DNA from: Candidatus Thorarchaeota archaeon
GTDB lineage: Archaea > Asgardarchaeota > Thorarchaeia > Thorarchaeales > Thorarchaeaceae
Direction of reading: 5' to 3'
Assembly: GCA_004524445.1 (NCBI GenBank)
Contig: SDNP01000030.1
Coordinates: 1 to 34,318 of the forward strand
DNA: 34,318 nucleotides
The stretch's first letter is position 1. Every line of letters starts with the position of its first letter. Made by a program: the position numbers and the translations under genes. Of this stretch, positions 28,237-34,318 are shown piece by piece. The notes under the pieces are model-generated. The model was not told where the DNA came from. It worked only from the letters and a program-made list of their open reading frames with translations, and did not search any database.

Positions 28237-28599
28237 ATGGTCGCCGGGTTGGAATACACATTGATTCCGATAGAATGGGATGAAAAAGTACAAGACACAA
28301 TAGAGAGCTTTCCGCAACCATATCGAAGTGAGATTCTTGATATTTGGAATAAATGGATTGCCCAGAGTCCAGAAACACCCTACTATGAGAATTGGAATGC
28401 ATTCTCTATGGACTGGGATGATAAGCAGGCACTCTATACCGAGAAGAGAGTATATCTAAAGAGAGTGACTAATGAATTACAGGAATTGGAGGTTCCAGCC
28501 ACTATATGGCAAAAGGTTGCTCGAGCTCTGGCAGCAGTGGCCAGCGTATTTCTTGTCGTTTTCCTTGCCCTCTCAAGAGTAGCACGCGCAAGTGACTAA
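28237..28599 (+). CDS. Hypothetical tail-anchored membrane protein
   Basis: Soluble Trp-rich helical domain followed by a single C-terminal TM (ALAAVASVFLVVFLALS). Confidence 0.72.
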   Translation: MVAGLEYTLIPIEWDEKVQDTIESFPQPYRSEILDIWNKWIAQSPETPYYENWNAFSMDWDDKQALYTEKRVYLKRVTNELQELEVPATIWQKVARALAAVASVFLVVFLALSRVARASD

Positions 28600-28680
28600 T
28601 TGACGAATTCTCAAAGAAACAGAGCTTGTTACTTATATCCATTAGCGGGCTCCTTGAACTAGAAGAGCAGTGGTAACATT

Positions 28681-30162
28681 ATGCTTGAGATTCCAAGTTC
28701 AATGAACAATAAGATAGAGCAAGCCATTGAAGCCATCAACCAATCAGGAAAGGTTCTGGCGATTTCACACATTGATACTGACGGCATCACCGCGATGGCA
28801 ATCATAGTTCAGTTTTTGCAGCGTGCGGGAAAGGAATACCTCTGGAAGAATATTCATCAGCTGAACTCAGAGAGCATTCTGACGGTCTTGGAATTGGCAG
28901 AGTCTGAAAAACCGGACACAATAATCTTTACTGACTTGGGAACGGGTCAATATCCCCTCATAGAATCAAGTCTTACAGATTTGCCTTTTGTAAGAAGCAT
29001 AATAATTCTGGATCACCATCTCCCAGGAGATAGAGAACTGCCCAGTAGAAACGATCGAAGAGCGGAGATTATTGAGGTTAATCCATGTCAACATGGTCTG
29101 AGTGGAAGTTCCGACATATCTGGAGCGGGTGTGGCCTTTCTACTAGCATATTTTTACGAATCAGAGAATATTGACCTCATTGAGCTAGCCATAGTTGGAG
29201 CCACGGGAGATCTTCAACGATACTATGGAAGAGGATTCCGTGGACTTAACAAGCAAATCCTTGATTTAGGAAGAGATGCGAGATTCATTTCTGTTGACAA
29301 AGACCTTACTTTCTTTGGAATCAACACTCGACCACTCCCCTATCTTCTATGCTATGCGACCGACCCCTATTTACCAGGCATTACTGGAAATGAAGAATCT
29401 TGTTTCTCATTCTATTCTGATTTGAATATCGATATCAAAAGTGATGATCGCTATAGGGTCTGGATTGACCTTGTTAATGGTGAGAAAAAGAAGGTCATTC
29501 AAAAGCTTGTTGCGCATATCTTAGAAACATATGAAAATCCAGCAATCGCTAAAGGGATTGTCGGAGATGTTGTCAATCTTCTCAGCAGACCAGAGAGAAG
29601 CGAGCTCAGAACAGCCAAGGAATTTTCCACAATGTTAAACGCCTGTGGGCGAAATAGGAGAGCCGATGTAGGAGTAAAGGTTTGCTTAGGAGAACCCGAA
29701 GCAATCATAGAGGGTCGTAACCTCTTACGACAACATCGTGCGAATCTTGCTTCTGCCTTACGACGGATTGAAACAAATGGCTATGATGAAAAACCGGGAA
29801 TGTATATTGTTGATGACCCAGAAACACAAGACACCATAATCGGTATTGTAATTGGAATGGCACAAGGCTCCAAAATAATTCCATGGGAGAAACCGGTGAT
29901 TGGAGTTAGCACAAACACAACAAACAAAACAACCCTCGTTAAGATATCAGGTCGTGCTCGTAAGAATCTAGTCACCATTGGTATTAATCTAAAGGAGGTT
30001 TTCACCAGTGTTGGAAAGGACATCAACGAGAGAGAGGGCAGAACAGTTATTGAAGCAGGAGGGCACCCAATGGCCGCGGGAGCATTTGTTGAAAATGGTT
30101 TTTTGGATGAATTTCTCCGGCTCTCCTCAAACAAGATGGATTCTATCCTAAATTCTAGCTAA
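28681..30162 (+). CDS. RecJ-like DHH/DHHA1 phosphoesterase (archaeal RecJ/GAN, Cdc45 relative)
   Basis: SHIDTDG, FTDLG, ILDHH, GATGD, EFSTMLNACGR, GGHPMAAG. Confidence 0.92.
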   Translation: MLEIPSSMNNKIEQAIEAINQSGKVLAISHIDTDGITAMAIIVQFLQRAGKEYLWKNIHQLNSESILTVLELAESEKPDTIIFTDLGTGQYPLIESSLTDLPFVRSIIILDHHLPGDRELPSRNDRRAEIIEVNPCQHGLSGSSDISGAGVAFLLAYFYESENIDLIELAIVGATGDLQRYYGRGFRGLNKQILDLGRDARFISVDKDLTFFGINTRPLPYLLCYATDPYLPGITGNEESCFSFYSDLNIDIKSDDRYRVWIDLVNGEKKKVIQKLVAHILETYENPAIAKGIVGDVVNLLSRPERSELRTAKEFSTMLNACGRNRRADVGVKVCLGEPEAIIEGRNLLRQHRANLASALRRIETNGYDEKPGMYIVDDPETQDTIIGIVIGMAQGSKIIPWEKPVIGVSTNTTNKTTLVKISGRARKNLVTIGINLKEVFTSVGKDINEREGRTVIEAGGHPMAAGAFVENGFLDEFLRLSSNKMDSILNSS

Positions 30163-30189
30163 AAAATAGAACAGGGGGGAAAGTCCCCC
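30161..30189 (-). terminator. GC hairpin plus U-tract terminator between convergent genes
   Basis: Minus strand GGGGGACTTTCCCCC followed by CTGTTCTATTTTTT. Confidence 0.65.
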
Positions 30190-30198
30190 GTAGTACGC

Positions 30199-30666
30199 TC
30201 AGTACTCTTCTGCTGTCAATTTCGCACCGATTATTCCGGGTATGAATAGCAGCCCAAAAGCAGCTCCTATATCTATTGCAATGTTCTCAGCAAGTGATGT
30301 TAGAATGTCAACTTGAAGCTGAGCACCCATAGATAAGACAGCATAACCAACGAAGATTACTCCTATGGTTATGAGCGAAACAAAGAGCATGCGGACGCCA
30401 CTCTTTGAAATTAGTCCTGCAATAAATCCAGCCACGCCAAGTGCTACAATTGGAGCATAGAGCGGGGTGGCGGCAGTAGCCGATGTATAGGGTTTGATTA
30501 AGACTTTCATGAGTGCTCCGCCTCTAGCCATTAGTTCATCAGTAACATTCGGGGCTGCCAAAATCTCATTTTGAATTGCTTCTATAGTAAGCCCCAGAAT
30601 TTGAAAGGCACCGATGAGTATCGCAACAGCGAGTGCAACTAGTAGTGCTGTAATAGTTCTAAACAT
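30199..30666 (-). CDS. Hypothetical membrane protein (about 4 TM)
   Basis: Hydrophobic segments; AGAGGA upstream of ATG. Confidence 0.75.
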   Translation of the reverse strand: MFRTITALLVALAVAILIGAFQILGLTIEAIQNEILAAPNVTDELMARGGALMKVLIKPYTSATAATPLYAPIVALGVAGFIAGLISKSGVRMLFVSLITIGVIFVGYAVLSMGAQLQVDILTSLAENIAIDIGAAFGLLFIPGIIGAKLTAEEY

Positions 30667-30757
30667 TGTATCGCGTCCTCTTGAGGTGTAGTTTTCTAGT
30701 TATCTGCAAAACTGGATTGGGGCTTTTTATACTTCTTGGCTAAAAGCCGCAACTCGT

Positions 30758-31192
30758 TCATAAAAGCTCCTCAATCTCAATTTTTTTGATGAGGTCAATT
30801 ATTTTTTCGGGCATTTCCTCCAATGGTAAGCCATTTAGATTGAACCATTTCACCTTAGCATCCTCTGATTCTGGCGTGATATCGGATGTAAGAGCAACCG
30901 CCAAGTAGTGATTTAGGAGATAATGGTATTCTACACCGCCATTAGAGTCCTGAATAATTATGTCATCTGTATCAATTAGCCGGATTATTTCGCAATAGAC
31001 GCCCGTTTCTTCTTTTACCTCTCGACGAACAGCATCAAGCTGTGTTTCGCCAACCTCAATGGCACCACCGGGAACACTCCACAACCCTAGGCCAGGTTCC
31101 TTGACTCTTCGAACCAACAAAACTCCCTTTTCACCGAGAACTACAGCGCCTACTCCAGGTATTGGAAAGTCTGGATAAGAACGGGAAATCAA
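30758..31192 (-). CDS. NUDIX hydrolase
   Basis: Nudix box GGAIEVGETQLDAVRREVKEETG; TTG start at 31192 preceded by AGGTGA overlapping the TPR gene stop. Confidence 0.92.
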   Translation of the reverse strand: MISRSYPDFPIPGVGAVVLGEKGVLLVRRVKEPGLGLWSVPGGAIEVGETQLDAVRREVKEETGVYCEIIRLIDTDDIIIQDSNGGVEYHYLLNHYLAVALTSDITPESEDAKVKWFNLNGLPLEEMPEKIIDLIKKIEIEELL

Positions 31193-31203
31193 GATTAGAT
31201 CAC

Positions 31204-32364
31204 CTAGAATGCGGTAATGGATTCCGGAAGACGGATGCTTGCATTGCATGATGGGCATTTGATAGACCCAGCTGCTCGAACCCGGTTTATATCGTGTGGT
31301 TCGAGCTTTTCTTCGCATCCGCACTGTATACAAGAAACTCTTAGCCAGCCAAGTATCTCAATTGCGCGTTCCCAAGCGTCAAATGCTAGGTCGTCGTAGC
31401 CCATGTCAGCATAGACTTTTGCCAGCTCAATATGTGAGGCTGCGGACCCCGAGTCAATTTTTGACCAGCGCAATAGACAATTCAGGTATCTGGTTCTCCA
31501 CCCAAGTTTTCTGTATGCCTCACAAAGACACTGCCAACAGCTTTCCACCGATTCGACCTGTGCTTCGACTAACTCGAAGTAATCATTGCTAACTACCGTA
31601 TTCCCTTGAAGTTTTGCAACGACAGCCATTCTTACAAGTGCCTCGATATTTTCTGGGTCACGTTCCAAGAGTATTTCAAGGCATTTCTGAGAGGTCTCCA
31701 AATCCCCCTCTCTGAGCTTAAGGTCAGCTTCTAGAAGGTAAGATCGATAGTCATCAGGATTGTTCTCTTGAATTTCTTCAACTATGGGAATGGCTTCTTC
31801 CAAGCGATCTTTTGCCAGAAGTAGATAGGCATAATTGGATTTGGCGGTCAGGAAGTCGGGTTTTTCCTCGATGACTCGCTTCCAGCAGGATATTGAACTC
31901 TCATAATCACCGAGACGGTAAAGGGACAATGCCAGCATAGATTGCAGTCGAATATCATTTGGAAACTGCTCTAATCCGTTTCGAAGTGCGCCTATAGCCT
32001 CAGCGTATTTTCCCTGCACATAGAATACCTTCCCGAGGTCATCCCATGCTCTTGGTTCTGTGGGATCCAAATCCACGGCAATAGACAATTCTTCTTCTGC
32101 ATCTTCATAGCGGCCTAGAGCCATGAGTGCACGTCCAAGAAACAACTCAATCACGGGATGGTCTTCCACTAGTTCCTTTGCCTCCTCAAGAACAGAAACC
32201 GCCGCCTGTGGTTTTTCTGCTTGTACGTATGCAATTCCCAGGTAAACTAGTGAATCGGGTTCATCATAGGAATGACGGGCAATGGGTTCAAGAATTGAAA
32301 GAGCCTTCTCTATTTTACCCATCTCAATTGCCTTTCTGGCTCGATCAATCTCAGATTCATTCAA
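31204..32364 (-). CDS. Tetratricopeptide repeat protein with C-terminal Zn ribbon
   Basis: Repeated TPR units (LGIAY..., LGRAL..GRYEDA, AWDDLGKVFY.QGKYAEA); terminal CIQCG...CPSC. Confidence 0.9.
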   Translation of the reverse strand: MNESEIDRARKAIEMGKIEKALSILEPIARHSYDEPDSLVYLGIAYVQAEKPQAAVSVLEEAKELVEDHPVIELFLGRALMALGRYEDAEEELSIAVDLDPTEPRAWDDLGKVFYVQGKYAEAIGALRNGLEQFPNDIRLQSMLALSLYRLGDYESSISCWKRVIEEKPDFLTAKSNYAYLLLAKDRLEEAIPIVEEIQENNPDDYRSYLLEADLKLREGDLETSQKCLEILLERDPENIEALVRMAVVAKLQGNTVVSNDYFELVEAQVESVESCWQCLCEAYRKLGWRTRYLNCLLRWSKIDSGSAASHIELAKVYADMGYDDLAFDAWERAIEILGWLRVSCIQCGCEEKLEPHDINRVRAAGSIKCPSCNASIRLPESITAF

Positions 32365-32479
32365 TGCTAGTCATTCCGATAGTGATTCCAAAGTGCCATC
32401 AAAAATGATGGGTTCAGTCCTCTCAGTCTATCTAATGCTTCTCAAACGGATTATAAGTACGATTCGTTATGGCAATAAG

Positions 32480-33325
32480 ATGACTAATGCTTCCTATGAC
32501 AATCCTTTCTCTCTTCTGCATGCTGTCAACCTATTGAGTCAGCAATCGAGGATTAACAAGTTTTCAAAGGCAATAGATGAGGTTGTTACTACCGATTCTA
32601 TAGTGTTTGACATTGGAACTGGTACAGGCATTCTAGCATTTCTTGCGGCAAAAGCTGGTGCGGAATCAGTTATTGGAATTGATGTTTCCAAGCAGAATAT
32701 TGATTATGCTCGCAGAGCTTCCAAGGCTAATGAACTGGATGACCGTGTGAAATTCATTCATGTTCATTTTGATGACTTCAATCCAGAGATAAAGGCGGAC
32801 ATCGTCATTTGTGAAATGCTTTCATCCATGCTCTTGGTTGAACAACAAATTCCGGCTATGCGCAGAGTAAATGACAGTCTACTCGGCAATAATGGCACGA
32901 CAATCCCAAAATCCACCACGGTGTATGTTGTTCCAGTTCAAAGCGAATATATGTGGAACAGATTCCAAACAGGAGATTTGAGATTTCCCAAGATGCCTCA
33001 ATCTGTGGGAGGATTAAATGAGGTGGACGATTTGGCTGATATGCAGACCCTTTTCCACGTCGAATATCGGGATTTGAATACTGATTTTCATGTTTCAGAG
33101 AAGCTTTCCTTTGAGATTATAACCGATGGATTTGTACATGGTATTGTTGGCATGTTTGAAGCAGAGCTTACTCCCGAAGTACTTCTTCGCCCCGAAGATG
33201 GCTGGAAGCATCTTTTCGTACCGATCAAACAGGAGAAAAGGGTTAGAAAAGGGGAAATAATTACGATTCAGATTGAGTATACTCCTGGTGAATTTGATTC
33301 CATATCGGTTGCTATCGAGAGCTGA
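32480..33325 (+). CDS. Protein arginine methyltransferase (PRMT)-like SAM-dependent methyltransferase
   Basis: DIGTGTGIL, AAKAGA..VIGID, DIVICEMLSSMLLVE (double-E loop), VHGIVGMFEAEL and GWKH in the beta-barrel. Confidence 0.8.
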   Translation: MTNASYDNPFSLLHAVNLLSQQSRINKFSKAIDEVVTTDSIVFDIGTGTGILAFLAAKAGAESVIGIDVSKQNIDYARRASKANELDDRVKFIHVHFDDFNPEIKADIVICEMLSSMLLVEQQIPAMRRVNDSLLGNNGTTIPKSTTVYVVPVQSEYMWNRFQTGDLRFPKMPQSVGGLNEVDDLADMQTLFHVEYRDLNTDFHVSEKLSFEIITDGFVHGIVGMFEAELTPEVLLRPEDGWKHLFVPIKQEKRVRKGEIITIQIEYTPGEFDSISVAIES

Positions 33326-33445
33326 ATGAGACAAATCATGACAGAGAAAATCAAGAACAGCAGTTAGCATATCAGATGAATCCCTTACACGTAGACATAT
33401 TTTTATCAGAGCAAGTTCGGGAGTGATATGTGGTTCGTGACAAAT

Positions 33446-34111
33446 ATGGAGCTCAAAGGTCCTCTCTGCTACATTCTTGATTATGATGATATTGCTAATT
33501 ATGCTTATCAGACCGCTCAAAAAATCAAGGAATCCGGATGGAAACCAGAAGCAATTATTGGAGTTGCACGTGGGGGTTGGGTGCATGCCCGAATCCAGTG
33601 TGACTTGTTGGGAGTGAAGAATCTCTATAGCGTCAAGATTGACCATTGGGGGGTAACTGCCACAAAAGATGGTAAAGCCAAACTCACATGCCCGCTAGTG
33701 GGTGATATTGAGGATATGCGAGCCCTTGTCGTTGACGATATCACGGATACAGGCGAAAGCTTGACCATGGCGGTTAATCACGTAAGAGAAACCGGAAAGC
33801 CTGCTGATGTAAAGTCGGCAACTCTCATGCACATTGCTGGCTCGAAATTTGTGCCTGATTATTTTGGCGTCGAAGTAACATGGGCTTGGGAGATTTGGCC
33901 CTGGAATTTCTATGAAGATCTCACCTCCCTCATCATGAAAATCTTCGAGGGTGAAAAGGTCCACGAACTCACTACCCCCGAATTGAAGAAGCATTTGAGA
34001 GAGTATAATAATATAGTGCTGTCTGATGAACGGCTATCTAAGGTGAAAGCGCATATGGGCTATCTCGAGAAGATAGAATATCCAAAAGACAAGGTCTGGA
34101 AACTGAAATAG
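33446..34111 (+). CDS. Type I phosphoribosyltransferase (purine salvage, archaeal HGPRT/XGPRT-like)
   Basis: GVARGGW, LVVDDITDTGESL PRPP loop, PDYFG...WEIWPW. Confidence 0.9.
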   Translation: MELKGPLCYILDYDDIANYAYQTAQKIKESGWKPEAIIGVARGGWVHARIQCDLLGVKNLYSVKIDHWGVTATKDGKAKLTCPLVGDIEDMRALVVDDITDTGESLTMAVNHVRETGKPADVKSATLMHIAGSKFVPDYFGVEVTWAWEIWPWNFYEDLTSLIMKIFEGEKVHELTTPELKKHLREYNNIVLSDERLSKVKAHMGYLEKIEYPKDKVWKLK

Positions 34112-34214
34112 ATAAACAAGCCGCTTGCTTTTGCATCCACCACCAAGATTCACTAGCTATAAATGTAAGTACTCATTGCTTATCTCCAGCACAGATTTGG
34201 AGCTGAGTTGTTAT

Positions 34215-34318
34215 ATGGCATTTGAGGCTGAACTTGAATTTGTACCAGTGGACGGAAAGAAGAAAGGAGACCTAGAAGACCTGCTTCCAGTTGAGATAGG
34301 ATTGTTTGGAGGTAGTGG
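34215..34318 (+). CDS. Partial 5' end of MTAP/purine nucleoside phosphorylase (family 2)
   Basis: Manual translation MAFEAELEFVPVDGKKKGDLEDLLPVEIGLFGGS(G); IGxxGGSG is the MTAP N-terminal motif; adjacent to the purine PRT; truncated by the window edge. Confidence 0.6.
   Translation, partial: MAFEAELEFVPVDGKKKGDLEDLLPVEIGLFGGS

Noticed and set aside
31193-31333. NUDIX N-terminal extension overlapping the TPR gene
   Set aside because: Shine-Dalgarno plus TTG at 31192 gives a normal-length NUDIX without overlap
32282-32479. N-terminal extension of the methyltransferase overlapping the TPR gene
   Set aside because: Antisense shadow of the TPR start; ATG 32480 fits the domain start
33095-33646. 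183-aa minus-strand ORF
   Set aside because: Overlaps two well-supported plus-strand genes and has no motifs
1-34318. CRISPR array, tRNA/rRNA, transposase/integrase, intein, selenocysteine recoding
   Set aside because: By eye I found no spaced repeats, cloverleaf, recombinase motifs or intein ends, and TGA-terminated genes already appear complete; tRNAscan-SE/Infernal were not run

Overview
Gene-dense archaeal chromosomal segment with about 41 CDS. I saw no rRNA, tRNA, CRISPR array or mobile element. Archaeal housekeeping genes include an Nre DNA-repair protein with a PIP box, an archaea-specific Ski2-like helicase, a RecJ/GAN-type DHH protein, a purine phosphoribosyltransferase and the start of an MTAP. 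They are interspersed with several eukaryote-like proteins, which points to an Asgard archaeon, possibly Thorarchaeota (inference only). The eukaryote-like set is: (i) a two-domain, eukaryote-length RNA polymerase subunit Rpb5; (ii) a 67-aa OST5/TMEM258-like oligosaccharyltransferase subunit; (iii) a Rab-like small GTPase; (iv) a coiled-coil protein ending in a Vps28 (ESCRT-I) C-terminal-like helical bundle, next to a tail-anchored protein; (v) a protein-arginine-methyltransferase-like enzyme with a double-E loop and beta-barrel, divergent from a TPR/Zn-ribbon gene. I also found a 40-aa desulforedoxin gene missing from the ORF track and a three-gene operon of two unknown proteins plus the helicase. 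All homology calls come from motif reading and recalled reference sequences, not database searches.
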